Positions 11,581 to 22,877 of a DNA stretch of 64,000 nt are shown piece by piece (within the stretch, counting starts at the first letter, position 1; the number at the start of each line of letters is the position of its first letter). Position numbers and translations under genes: made by a program. Source of the DNA: Macrostomum lignano (taxonomy: Eukaryota); NCBI GenBank assembly GCA_002269645.1, contig NIVC01002413.1, forward strand, positions 112,940-176,939. Reading direction: 5' to 3'. The notes under the pieces were generated by a model, which saw nothing but the letters and a program-made list of their open reading frames with translations, made no database searches and had not been told where the DNA came from.

Positions 11581-11802
11581 ATATCAAGTTTGAACGAACA
11601 ATTACAGTGAAAAATTGATATCAATATAGGTGAAAAGTGCGCAACTAAGTGCAAAAAAATATATATGAGTGCTAAGTCAACATACTAGTGCATAAAATGG
11701 TTGTGCAAAAATTGTGGAAGCATTGTTAAAACTATTAAAGGCAAAAGTAAAGCACAGGTGAGATAGTAAACGCAATAGTTAGTTCAATTCTGATAGTTCA
11801 AC

Positions 11803-12645
11803 TCAAATAAATTTGCATGGTTCAGGTAGATCACGGTAATAAGGCCAGCCGATTTGAGAGAAGAACCAGTTGTACTCCTCGTCTAGTACAGCTAGCGAAG
11901 GTGGCGGGTTGACTTGCCTGGCCCTTTGGATACGATGGGCGACATCTTGCAGAATCGCAACCGCTTCTTGGTGGCTAAACTGTTCCCTAAGGAACTTCAG
12001 GTGCTGCCAGATCTGAGACCCTTGAGGATATCGCTGCCGCATGTCAGATCGATGGTACGCGACCTTCAGCGAGTACTGCTCAATATGGAAGCGCAATTTC
12101 TCGACCTCAGATCCACGAGTCTCTACAAGCTTTCGGACAATTCGATGATAGTCTTGCTGCGGTGTCGGCGGCTGCGAAGCTGGTTGTTGACTCGGCTGCA
12201 GAGCTGGCTGTGGAGCTAGCTGCGGAACTGCCTGCAGACTCGGCGGCTGTTGAGCCGTTGTTGGCGCGGCCTCGGGCTTCTTCCGCCGCGGTGCTGGAGG
12301 CTTCTTCGATGGCGGGGCAGATGGCGGCGACACTAGCTGCTGCGTTCTTCCTGCTGTTGACGAGCCTGGCGTGGCCTTGATAACGTACGAACGAATGGGC
12401 GCCGCTGCCTGTGTTGTCAGCAAGGCGGCTCGCTTTTGCTCTGGGCCATCCACGTTTAATTGGCGGCACGGCGATGATGCTTGTGGCGATGCCCTCGGCC
12501 TTTTGTTGCTTACACCAGGCGCCTTTGGTCTTGTTGGACAACGTAGCGGCGCCTCGTTCTCGTCAACATTAGGCTCCGGCTGAGGCTCAATCTCTTCGGA
12601 CAGGTCACCGATCAACTCTTGCAGAATGTCGACTGAGTTATCCAT
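11803..12645 (-). CDS. Intact 280-aa accessory ORF of unknown function inside the LTR element (acidic N-terminus, Pro/Gln/Ala linker with basic clusters, ~115-aa helical C-terminal domain)
   Basis: ATG-initiated, uninterrupted, non-repetitive, same strand as gag. Sits between the pol remnant and the PPT. No signal peptide or TM segment, so not env-like. Confidence 0.7.
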   Translation of the reverse strand: MDNSVDILQELIGDLSEEIEPQPEPNVDENEAPLRCPTRPKAPGVSNKRPRASPQASSPCRQLNVDGPEQKRAALLTTQAAAPIRSYVIKATPGSSTAGRTQQLVSPPSAPPSKKPPAPRRKKPEAAPTTAQQPPSLQAVPQLAPQPALQPSQQPASQPPTPQQDYHRIVRKLVETRGSEVEKLRFHIEQYSLKVAYHRSDMRQRYPQGSQIWQHLKFLREQFSHQEAVAILQDVAHRIQRARQVNPPPSLAVLDEEYNWFFSQIGWPYYRDLPEPCKFI

Positions 12646-12726
12646 ATGGTTCTCTTCGAATGACTCTTAGAATAGAAAGGAAGCTAGCAGTGAGCTATGG
12701 GATCTGTGGGGCCTGCGGGGAGCTCG

Positions 12727-12793
12727 TATTTATAGGCTGGCGGGCCGAAAAACTGGACCTCTTCGAAGCACTCCCCTCGCGCGTGGGGCGGGG
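12727..12793 (-). promoter_or_regulatory. Candidate internal promoter for the accessory ORF: GC box (12785-12793) and TATAAATA (12734-12727)
   Basis: GGGGCGGGG lies ~50 bp upstream of a TATA box, which is ~80 bp upstream of the ATG at 12645, within a local GC-rich island. Confidence 0.55.
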
Positions 12794-13043
12794 CATGCCA
12801 GATTTGACAGATTTGACAACTAAATTTTTATGGATTTTCTATTTATTTTTATAACTTTTTTATTTTTTGATAGATTTTCTTGAGTAAAGTATCAAATTAA
12901 AGATCGCATTTTGTAGATTAATATGGTATTTACAGATTCGCTCTATGTACAGCATGTCAAATTTTATAAGCAGATAAGTAATTCTAATACGAAAATTTAA
13001 CTGTTTAACACTGTTTCTTATGGGAAATTGCTTACATCACTGC

Positions 13044-13592
13044 TTAAGGTGCTAAATATCTCGCGTAGCGCCTTCGGGGCACAAATCCTGTCGCGCCTTC
13101 TCTTTCTCTCTCTTGCTGAGTCACTCTATTGTCTCGGGGTCTCAAATTATAGCCTCCTACTGTGTTAGCACGTTCCTCCTCTAACTCTATTGCTCCTTCT
13201 TCTTCTTCTGATGGCTCATCTGAGTCAGTCGCTCTCTCTGTATTCTCACTGTTCAATTCCTCATTTCCTTCGTTTTCACTCTGCGAATTCGGATCTGCGA
13301 ATACTCTCCATTGAATTCTGTTTTCTTCGTCTGAGCTTTCCTCCTCTAAAATTTGAACTTCTGGAATTCTATTTTCTTTTTGTCTATGGCAAATTCTTTT
13401 CTTCGGCTTCGGCGGTTCCTTCTTCTTAGTTGACACTGGTGCTGGTTTTAAATTATTATTAATTTCTTCTGGTAAATCAATTTCGGATTTCGGCACTGGA
13501 GTCAGATTATTTCTATGCACTAATAGTTTTTCTCTTCGAACAACTTTGCAGATTCTCACAGCTTCTCCTCGAAATCTCATCTTCATTTTCAT
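13044..13592 (-). pseudogene. Probable pol remnant: Gypsy integrase C-terminal tail
   Basis: Contains ...VHRNNLTPV and YNLRPR-type motifs typical of Gypsy integrase C-termini (from memory). Upstream frames are broken and no RT YxDD was found. Confidence 0.5.
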
Positions 13593-14333
13593 CTCATCTC
13601 AACTCAACAACTTCTCGACTCAATATCTCAACTCGACCCTGACCTCTCGAAAGCTTCTCTGCTGAACTCATGCCAGCTACAGCTCTACTGTCACGGGTCC
13701 TACAACTCTTAACAAATTCTCAAATCTCGAATCTCCTTCCGCTATCTCAGTTTGGCCTCGTCAGTAGAATCATAGAAATTCTGTATTAATCTGCTCTTTA
13801 GGCCTTACTGCCCTTCCTTTCCTGCATGGCCTGACTCTCTGAACCTTTTTTGGCTCTTCTGAAAGCGTCATCGGCCTCTTCTTTCTGCCTTTGGCCAATC
13901 CGCAATTGGTCAGCATGCGTAGCTGTCCGCGCGTCATGCCAATCTCTGCAATTCTCTTCGCACAATTCTGCACAGTTCTCTCAGCATCAACTTCTCGTCA
14001 ACTTCTCTGAGTAAAATAATCTTCCTTCAATGTTTTCAGTCCGAAATTGCAGTTCCCTGGCTTTCCTAAATAAGTTTCTTAGTAAAACGGCCCTTTTAAG
14101 GTCAAACGGCCCTTTTAAGGGTCACCTTCCTAAAATTTAATTATTTTATTTCTTTTAGACAGCTTATTGCCTTGCAACATGCCAACAAAATACCTCTTAA
14201 TCAAATGTTTTTGGGTTTTTCTGAATTTTTTATTCGTTTTTATATTTATGCATATATATTTGAAACATATTTACAGATTTGCTTTACAGACACTTTTAAT
14301 TTGCTGATTCGCTTGAGTTCGCTCACTTTCTGT

Positions 14334-14912
14334 TTATGGCGGCTTCTGCTGGGCGTACCGATTGAAGTTGATTCGGCACTGGTGTCCTGCTTGAGGCCTA
14401 ATGGGTCCTGGCTGGTTGCAGAAGAAGCAGTGACCAGGTGTCGGCTCTGGCCTGATTCCACTGAATCTGTTCAGGCGGCGCGGTCTTGGCACTGACTGAT
14501 GCTGCTGCCCTGTCTTTGGTTCTAGGCTAATGTTCGTTAGCACGAAGGTCAAGGTCATTAGACACTCTACTAATGCATCAATTCCCTCTTTTCGGTTCTG
14601 CTGCTTCGGCTCAAATTCTTCGATTATTCGTCGCCTAATTTCCTGATACTGACTCTGCTCTTTTCTGTGACTGATTCGGCGTTTCAGTCCCTCTGGGATG
14701 TTTAGATTAGCAAAGAGAGCTTCCTTCTGTTTCTCGCCTGTAATCCCTTGGATTCTGCACTGCTGCTCAAACGTGTTCATCCACTGCCTAATGTTCTGAC
14801 CAGGTGTGAACTTTTCTACTTGCACTTCAGCCTCTTTCGATCCTAACTTGAGATGTTTCCGCAGTTCCTCTGCCAGCATGGCGATGGCATCATTAGCCTG
14901 ATTCTGATTCAT
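14334..14912 (-). CDS. Gag-like ORF (192 aa) with a degenerate zinc knuckle
   Basis: First ORF after the PBS. FTPGQNIRQWMNTFEQQC resembles Gypsy capsid N-termini. CFFCNQPGP...GHQC is a distorted CCHC motif. Confidence 0.6.
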   Translation of the reverse strand: MNQNQANDAIAMLAEELRKHLKLGSKEAEVQVEKFTPGQNIRQWMNTFEQQCRIQGITGEKQKEALFANLNIPEGLKRRISHRKEQSQYQEIRRRIIEEFEPKQQNRKEGIDALVECLMTLTFVLTNISLEPKTGQQHQSVPRPRRLNRFSGIRPEPTPGHCFFCNQPGPIRPQAGHQCRINFNRYAQQKPP

Positions 14913-15000
14913 CTTTTCTCTACGAAAAACCTTTCAAATTATTCTTCGGAATTCTTCTGAATCTAGCTTTAAGAGTTCGCGCCGTTTCTCTAATCCTTAT

Positions 15001-15011
15001 CGCTGCCACCA
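15001..15011 (-). other. Primer-binding site TGGTGGCAGCG, complementary to the 3' end of tRNA-Leu (...CGCUGCCACCA)
   Basis: Lies 2 nt inside the 5' LTR end; plus strand reads cgctgccacca-gc-tgtgaca. Confidence 0.8.
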
Positions 15012-15013
15012 GC

Positions 15014-15784
15014 TGTGACAGGCCTTTTGGCTCTGTCTTTCTAAACTTCTAACTATTAGTGTTTATTAAATATCCTACGAGCTGCCACCAAAGTTGTTAC
15101 AGGCCTTTCACCTCTTACTTTATCAATTTTAATCCCACCGATTTGCCAACTACAGTTATCCTGATTATACTTGCTTTTACTCCCTAACTATTTCTTAGAA
15201 TTTCATTTAAATATTTCTGGGTAGCGTTCTTAGTAGCGTTTCTGGTAGCGTTCTTAGTAGCGTTTCTGGTAGCTTATGGCTTGCTTTCTGGTAGCGTTCT
15301 AGTAGCTTATGGCCTGAGCGGTCTAGTACTGGTATATGTATTAGTGTATAGTCCTAATCGGGCGTTCACCGAGACTAGAGGGTCACGGCGCCTCTCTTGG
15401 TATATCTCCAAGAATTAGTCCCAATTCCCTTCTCTTAGCAAATTTCTTAGAATCGTTTCACAGGTTTTGCAAATAAATAAGTCGCTATTTAGCTCAAAGA
15501 CTTTGAAATGGTTTAGATTGAACTGCTTATTCTGTTCGCAATTATTTGCTCACGAGTAAAAGACAGTTAGAGTATATTTGTCGCAAAACCGCTCCTATAT
15601 ATAGTGGTTTCCCCCCCATACGATTAAAACAAAAAAAATAATTCCCCAATTTATTTTGCGCAGTAAAACAAAAATATTCGGTACGGTAAAACAAAATATT
15701 TATCTAGTATTTCGCACGAGTTTAGTTTCTAAGAAAACATACCTTTATTGCTCAAAATTCGTACAGTATTGAAGCACTACTACA
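15014..15784 (-). repeat. 5' LTR (771 bp)
   Basis: Appears identical to 10796-11566; followed on the minus strand by the PBS. Confidence 0.95.
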
Positions 15785-17994
15785 GGATAAACTTAGTATT
15801 GTTTGGTAGCCACACTCTGAATCATGTAGCATACTCCCAAAAATTTGGGCATGCATTGGCAATGAATACCAAAAATAGATAGGCCTATGCACAGTTAGCA
15901 TGCATCACTTCTGAAAAAAGTGCATGCATACCTAGTATACACTTTATAGAATCATATAAGAGTTTATTGTAAAGTAGAAAAAAGATGAAAAAAAATATTT
16001 TTAAGCATAAATTTCAAGCCTTCTAGGTTTCTTTAACTCGCAATAAAGTATTTAAACAAATCTTTGCATGCATCAATTTCCACTATAAATAGTATAGCCA
16101 AAAAAGCAGAAAAATTAACCAAATTACTTGCCAAAATGGTCTATTATGCAATTTAAAAAAGGTTGTTTATTGTCACAATATAAAAAAGGTCATTTATTAT
16201 TGTAACACTGGTGTAATTCTGAGAATGTGTTTGTACTCAATTTTTTTTCAGTGTGCATTTGTAATTGTTCAATTTTTGTTTGGGCATGCACCTAGCATGA
16301 TCTGGACTATGGGTTAGTAGTTGGTATTTCTGCTTGGTTGGTTAGTTATGTTAGTATTTTTGATATTAAATAAAAGAAACTAGATAGGTCTAGTCTTAAT
16401 AGAGTCAGTTAAAGGCTTTCAAAACTTTACATTTTATATGCATTAATACTTCTTTTTTATACTTTACTATTTTATATTTGATAAATAAACTAAATAGGCC
16501 TAGTATTTCTAGTCACATGTATATGTGACTATTTTGACAGACTTGATTTTCATGGGTTTAAAATGCAATGCAAAATGAATCTGTCAAAATTGCCAATAAT
16601 TGCCAACATATTGCCAATCAATTTGTAATTTATAATATAAATAACATATAAAGTTTATTACAATACATAAATTTTGATATTTGATTGCTTTTTAACTATC
16701 AAGTCTAATATATAATAGTAGGCCTACTTTTATGCTTTTTAAATGTCACAAAATAATACCATTTTTCATTTACAATAAGGCCTATAGATCATTATTAACT
16801 TTGCAACAATCAAAAATAAAAACAAAAATATGTTGCACATATTTAACCTTAAAATTTTTACCAAAAGCTTAAAAACTAATCTTTTTCTAATCATAAGATT
16901 GGCCAGATTCTAGCCTAAGCTTAAAGCAGTAGATTGGCTTAATTTAATTATTGACTTACTTGGAATCATAGAATTCTATGCTTAGAATTATACATATGCG
17001 ACATCCTAATTTTAACTAGCCATGTGACTTACTTTTTTGAACAAAATGCAATCTACCTATGATAGAAACCCTAAAGCAAAATTGTTATAATTTTAGGTAA
17101 ATGGTAGAAGTAGTTATGACTATCTAACTATCTTATTAATTCTAAATGCTTTGTCATCTAATTAATACTATGTCTGTATTTTTAGGGTGGGAATTTTTAT
17201 GACTTACCCTTAGTCTACCACAATTTACAGTAGCCAGGTTGGCAAGCAGTTGCACATGTATGCTTGGTATTCTCTATGTCTTGGAGCAAGACACTTAATC
17301 CTACATTACTAGTTATTTCTTGTTATAACCTGTTACAAGGTTTTTATTGTCTTTAAAAGGTTGCTACTAAATAAAGTTTAAGGGTCAGGCATATATGCTT
17401 AGCTCTACTTTTAAAAATATATATTTTATTTATTTTAACTATACAACTATTGATATTACTATATTATGTTATTTGTCTTTGAATTAATATGCTCGTATCT
17501 AAAAATTATTATCAAGTATATTTAAAATAAGTTAAGTGATTCTATCTCATTAGTAATCCTTAGAGCAAAAAATTTCTAACCATTGATTTTTATAATAAAA
17601 ACATTTTGCTTGAAAAATTCTATCCATTCTTTTGTCTAAATAAATTGTTCATAATGATATGCCCTTTAACTTGCACTTAAATATATTTACTATCAATTAC
17701 AGATCTTTTTAGTAACCAGTAGTTATTGCTATATGGTTTTAATATTACATTTTATTGTTTTTTTATCATTGGTACTCACATTCCATTTGTCACTTTTATA
17801 GTCTAGCAAAACTCACTAAATTAATAAAATCAAAGCAAAAAATAGATGAAAATGAATAAAAACTTGAATAGTAGTTGAAAAATAATGAGAAAAGATTTTG
17901 ATTGCATGCATGCAAAGCAAAGCTATTTTGCAATAAGGCTGTCTAGTATATAGGTGTTTTAAAGTTTTTTAAGAGATTGTAATGTGTGCATCAT

Positions 17995-18086
17995 AATAGA
18001 TAGCTGCAGCTGAGTTGTTGGTTGCAAATCTGCCCATTAGGGCAGGTGTAATCAATTATTATTATTATTAATATTATTATTATTAT
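17995..18086 (+). mobile_element. 5'-truncated copy of the 3' tail of the SINE at 27306-27611, with (ATT)n tail
   Basis: tagctgcagctgagttgttggttgcaaatctgccc...gtaatcaattattatt aligns with tagctgcggctgagctgtcggttgcacatctggccc...gtgatcaattattatt. Confidence 0.75.
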
Positions 18087-18575
18087 CTTATATTTCATAT
18101 ATACCAAACTATTATTAGTACTGGTCAATCTAGCTAGTATTTTTTGGTAGATTAGGACTAGATCACAAAACTGATTGTATTATATTATGATTATTAGTAC
18201 AAGTGAAATCAGTTTTTCCAATACTTTGTAAATGTGTAAAAACTGGTGCATACTTTCTTGGCCTGATAAAATTATAGAGCTATATAAAATAACACTTTGC
18301 AGCCACACTTGCCTGAAGTCTGCAGAACCAAGCAGTGCAGTGTGCGCAAGAGACAGTTGCTGGTTAACTAATTAAGGGGCCATTGTGATCGCCCCTTCAG
18401 CTAATCCTTCGACTAAAAACTACAAGATAGGAGGTACATTTTTAAAGACTTTAAATTCCTAATTTAAATCGGAATTCTGGATTTTAAACAGGACAAAAAA
18501 GATCGGCAAAAGAAAAAGAAAAGGAAACAGCAACAACAGCAAGACGAGTCTCCTAGAAGCCAGGCTTTAGTCAGC

Positions 18576-19202
18576 ATGTCTTCGTCAACTGCTGTAGTGT
18601 CGGCCGCCGAGGTTTCCGCCGCTGCCGCTTCGTCATCGTCAGTTCTTTCAACAACAACAGCAACAACAGACTCGCCCGTGGCCGCGAAGAAGAGCGTCGA
18701 GTTGCCGTCTGCGCCGCCACCAGATCCGCCTAGCACTGCCGAATCCACCGATGCTAGCGAAGCGCCAGTCGCTAGCGTAGCTCCAAGCGGCGACGGACCG
18801 CCGCCATTTGACGATAATAATGCTGCCAATACTGCAGCCTCGTGTGCATCAGCCGTAAGAGTCGGCGGTAACAGCGCCGAAGGCAGCCGAGCCAGCAGCA
18901 AGAAAGCATCAGCTTCGGCGTCTCCTGCGAGACATCCGGCGGCTGCTGCTGCGTCATCGGCTACAGATACGCTGGCAACCCAGCAGCAGCGCGAGGAACT
19001 GGAAGATCTAGCTAAACGCCTGGCTGACTATCTGCGAGTAATGGAGGATGGCATTGGCGTGCGAGACACTCTTAACGACGATATTGGATCCTTCTTGGAG
19101 AAGACTCTGTCTTGCGATAATCTGCGCAAAGATCGGGCTCACCTGCTGGAGCTGGACGAGTGGCTCAAGCATCAGGCCAAGATTCTTGATCAGGGCTCTC
19201 AG
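18576..19202 (+). CDS. R3HDM/ARPP21-like: R3H-domain RNA-binding protein (R3HDM1/2-ARPP21-encore family), exon 1 of 2; spliced protein ~797 aa
   Basis: FLEKTL...DRAHLLELD resembles the helix preceding R3H in ARPP21 (FLINTLKNNSRDRMILLKME). Phase-0 donor CAG|gtggac. Confidence 0.72.
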
Positions 19203-19299
19203 GTGGACTTTTATACTGACCACTATTCATGGATCAATGCTGCTATATTAGTTCTTAGATAGGGTCACGACTCACCGTAGACTTTTGCTATCTCCATTG

Positions 19300-20850
19300 C
19301 TTGTCCAGCCCTCCCAGATCTTCAGTTGCTGGGCCAGCCTTCCAGAGTGTCAGTCGCTGGGCCATCAGCCTCCCAGATTCTTAGTTGCTGGGTCAGCCTC
19401 CCAGATTCTCAGTTGCTGGGCCATCAGCTTCCCAGATTCTCAGTTGCTGGGTCAGCCTCCCAGATTCTCAGTTGCTGGGCCAGTCTCCCAGATTCTCAGT
19501 TGCTGGGCCAGCCTCACAGATCCTCAGTTGCTGGGCCAGCCTCACAGATCCTCAGTTTCTGGGCCAGCCTCCCAGATCTTCAGTTGCTGGGCCAGCCTCC
19601 CAGATCCTCAGTTGCTGGGCCAGCCTCCCAGATCTTTAGTTGCTGGGCCAGCCTCCCAGATCCTCAGTTGCTGGGCCAGCCTCCCAGATCTTCAGTTGCT
19701 GGGTCAGCTTCCCAGATTCTCAGTTGCTGGGCCAGCCTCACAGATCCTCAGTTGCTGGGCCAGCCTCACAGATCCTCAGTTGCTGGGCCAGCCTCCCAGA
19801 TCTTCAGTTGCTGGGCCAGCCTCCCAGATCCTCAGTTGCTAGGCCAGCCTCCCAGATCCTCAGTTGCTGGGCCAGCCTCCTAGATCCTCAGTTGCTAGGC
19901 CAGCCTCTGAGATCCTCAGTTGCTAGGCCAGCCTCCCAGATCCTCAGTTGCTGGGCCAGCCTCTGAGATCCTCAGTTGCTAGGCCAGCCTCCCAGATTCT
20001 CAGTTGCTAGGTCAGCCTCCCAGATTCTCAGTTGCTGGGCCAGCCTTCCAGATCCTCAGTTGCTGGGCCAGCCTCCCAGATCCTCAGTTGCTGGGCCAGC
20101 CTCTGAGATCCTCAGTTGCTAGGCCAGCCTCCCAGATTCTCAGTTGCTAGGTCAGCCTCCCAGATTCTCAGTTGCTGGGCCAGCCTCCCAGATCTTCAGT
20201 TGCTGGGTCAGCTTCCCAGATTCTCAGTTGCTGGGCCAGCCTCACAGATCCTCAGTTGCTAGGCCAGCCTCACAGATCCTCAGTTTCTGGGCCAGCCTCC
20301 CAGATCTTCAGTTGCTGGGCCAGCCTCCCAGATCCTCAGTTGCTAGGCCAGCCTCCCAGATCCTCAGTTGCTGGGCCAGCCTCCTAGATCCTCAGTTGCT
20401 AGGCCAGCCTCTGAGATCCTCAGTTGCTAGGCCAGCCTCCCAGATCCTCAGTTGCTGGGCCAGCCTCTGAGATCCTCAGTTGCTAGGCCAGCCTCCCAGA
20501 TCCTCAGTTGCTGGGCCAGCCTCCTAGATCCTCAGTTGCTAGGCCAGCCTCTGAGATCCTCAGTTGCTAGGCCAGCCTCCCAGATCCTCAGTTGCTGGGC
20601 CAGCCTCTGAGATCCTCAGTTGCTAGGCCAGCCTCCCAGATTCTCAGTTGCTAGGTCAGCCTCCCAGATTCTCAGTTGCTGGGCCAGCCTCCCAGATTCT
20701 CAGTTGCTGGGCCAGCCTCCCAAATCCTCAGTTGCTAGGCCAGTCTCCCAGATCCTCAGTTGCTGGGCCGGCCTCCCAGATCCTCAGTTGCTGGGCCGGC
20801 CTCCCAGAGTGTCAGTTGCTGGGCCAGCCTCTCAGATCCTCAGTTGCTAG
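19300..20850. repeat. 28-bp intronic minisatellite (CAGCCTCCCAGATCCTCAGTTGCTGGGC), ~55 copies
   Basis: Direct reading; 28-aa periodicity in the shadow ORFs. Confidence 0.95.
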
Positions 20851-20888
20851 GCAACTATACACAATGCACCGCCCGTACTCCCCCGCAG

Positions 20889-22655
20889 GACGGAGATGAG
20901 ACTCTGTGGACCAATCAGGACCCGCGAACTCGCATGCTGATGCACAAGCTGTGCGCATTCTACGGCCTCGATCACAACATAATGGGCCCCTACCAGAACA
21001 ACACAATCAGAATTGAACGTCAAAAAGATCGATTTCGCAATTGGAATTTTTCTGTCAGCGATCTGGCCAGATACTACGAGTTGAGAGACCTGCTGCAACA
21101 GTCTGGCAGCACCGGCGGTGGTCAAAACGGCGGCGGAGCTAACAAAGAGGCCAGCCCCACTGTGCTGTTGAATGGCCAGCAGCAGCAGCAGCAGCCCTCT
21201 TCATCAACTTCCGGTTCCGGGGATCACCAACCCTCGCCGACTGGGAAGAAGGCTGCGCCAGTAGCAGGAGGCGGTGGCGCTGGTCCCCCCCGGCCGCCGC
21301 AGATGCAGTCGCCGGCATCGTCAGGCAGTTCAAAGCATCATCCACACGGCGTGCCTAATCAGGCCGGCGGCGGCGGCGGGCACCGCGCCGGCGGACCCCC
21401 GTACGAGGATTTTAATAATCGTCGACGCAAAGAAATTGGCGGCGGTGTTGGCGGCTCGCCGTCGCCTTCGTCAGCAGCAGTCGTTGGGCAGTCTGGAGTG
21501 CGGCAACAGCAGCACCAGCCGCATCATCAGCATCAGCAATCGATGGATGAGGCATCGGCAGGTGCATCAGGCGGCAGGCCCTGCTCAGGAACGGCCAGTC
21601 CCCAGCCAAATTACTATGCCCCGGTTTACCTTAGAGACGATACGCAGGTGTTCCGGCTGCTGCCCTGTCGGGTATCTGAGCTCAATAGAGGCGAGCCAGT
21701 CTACCTGGACGCTCGCGGGCCCCTAATCAGCGCTGCCGATGGCTGCAGTCTGTACAGATTCGATCCAGAGCAGCGCAATGCTCTGGCCCAGGCTCCGCTG
21801 TCTGTGCAGCCTAATCTGCCTGCTCAGCTGCCACAACAGCATCAGCAGCAGCATCATCTCACTGGCCAGCGACTACCTCCGCCGCCTCCGATGCAGCATC
21901 AGCAGCAGCATCAGCAACAGGCTCAGCATCTCGCTGCCGAGCATTACACAGCCGTGTCGCTTTCGCAGCAGCAGCAACCGCAACAGCAGCAGATATTTTA
22001 TCAGGCTGTCACACCTGCTCAGATTGCTGCCTATCATCACCAGCAACAGCAGCACCACCAGCAGCAGCATCAGCAGCACTATTCTCAAGCTTCAATTGTT
22101 CCCGCTTATCCTTCGGCCGCTGCTGTTCAACCCGCCGCTGCGCCAGTGTACATCCATCAACAGCATCAGCATCAACAGTCCGCCGCCGCTGCAGCAGCCG
22201 CTGCCGCTGCCGCCGCCGCTGCCGCTCATCAGCACGTGGCTTCGCCTCCGCCGCAGCCTCCGCCACCGCCGCCTCAGCAGCCGCAGCCGCCAACCACGCA
22301 TCAGCTGCATCATCAGCATCAGCATTCTGTTGCGGCAGTTGCGGCCGCGGCTGCTCAGCACTATCAGCAGCAGCAGCAGGCTGCTCTGTACGCAGCAGCT
22401 TACCACCAGCAGCAGCAACAGCAGCAGCAGCAATACCAGCACATGGCAGCAGCTGCTCGATTTGCTCAGGGCCCGGCTTTTCAGTTTGTGCCTCAGCATC
22501 AGCCGCAGCAGCATCCGCAGTCTGCCGCTACCGCTGCCGCCGCAGCCGCCGCCGCCGCTGCTCAAATGAGATTCTCGCAACAGCAACAGCAGCAATACAC
22601 AGGAGGTGGCGGCGGAGCCGGTGGCCCCGCAGACTCTCAGCGATCTTCATCTTGA
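20889..22655 (+). CDS. R3HDM/ARPP21-like: R3H-domain protein, exon 2 (R3H core followed by long Q/H/A/P low-complexity region)
   Basis: Phase-0 acceptor ccgtactcccccgcag|GAC. RMLMHKLCAFYGLDHNI matches the R3H consensus RMLVHRVAAYFGLDHNV. Confidence 0.8.
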   Translation, partial: DGDETLWTNQDPRTRMLMHKLCAFYGLDHNIMGPYQNNTIRIERQKDRFRNWNFSVSDLARYYELRDLLQQSGSTGGGQNGGGANKEASPTVLLNGQQQQQQPSSSTSGSGDHQPSPTGKKAAPVAGGGGAGPPRPPQMQSPASSGSSKHHPHGVPNQAGGGGGHRAGGPPYEDFNNRRRKEIGGGVGGSPSPSSAAVVGQSGVRQQQHQPHHQHQQSMDEASAGASGGRPCSGTASPQPNYYAPVYLRDDTQVFRLLPCRVSELNRGEPVYLDARGPLISAADGCSLYRFDPEQRNALAQAPLSVQPNLPAQLPQQHQQQHHLTGQRLPPPPPMQHQQQHQQQAQHLAAEHYTAVSLSQQQQPQQQQIFYQAVTPAQIAAYHHQQQQHHQQQHQQHYSQASIVPAYPSAAAVQPAAAPVYIHQQHQHQQSAAAAAAAAAAAAAAAHQHVASPPPQPPPPPPQQPQPPTTHQLHHQHQHSVAAVAAAAAQHYQQQQQAALYAAAYHQQQQQQQQQYQHMAAAARFAQGPAFQFVPQHQPQQHPQSAATAAAAAAAAAAQMRFSQQQQQQYTGGGGGAGGPADSQRSSS

Positions 22656-22877
22656 GTAGACAGTCTGATTGATAAAATGTTGAAATGAAGAATCACTAAT
22701 TCTTATTGAGATGATTGGATTTATTATTATATCTAATATTTGCGCTGAGAGTAACTTGCAGTGAGTCCTCTCACGACTATTTATAAATATTACTGTTTCT
22801 GTGCCTCTGCTTTGGACCTGACTTTCTCTAGGATAGAGATCTTATACCAGCCTGAAAGTGAAGTTAGATCTCAAATT

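Larger units (their letters stand above)
10796..15784 (-). mobile_element. Non-autonomous Ty3/Gypsy-like LTR retrotransposon, 4,989 bp, recently inserted
   Basis: 771-bp direct repeats (10796-11566, 15014-15784) with TG...CA ends. 4-bp TSD GGAT (10792-10795, 15785-15788). PBS and PPT lie in the correct minus-strand positions. Gag-like ORF and integrase C-terminal remnant present; no RT/RH/PR motifs found. Confidence 0.93.

Noticed and set aside
11914-12583. Plus-strand ORFs antisense to the accessory ORF
   Set aside because: Shadow frames of a GC-rich coding sequence; short and without homology cues.
9990-17000. Recurrent TAGGCCTA palindromes in the AT-rich flanks of the LTR element
   Set aside because: Irregular spacing and no associated structure; probably a compositional bias.
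19203-19262. Reading the first R3H ORF through to its stop at 19262 as a separate 228-aa gene
   Set aside because: A phase-0 donor at 19203 joins in frame to the R3H core, restoring a family-like domain.
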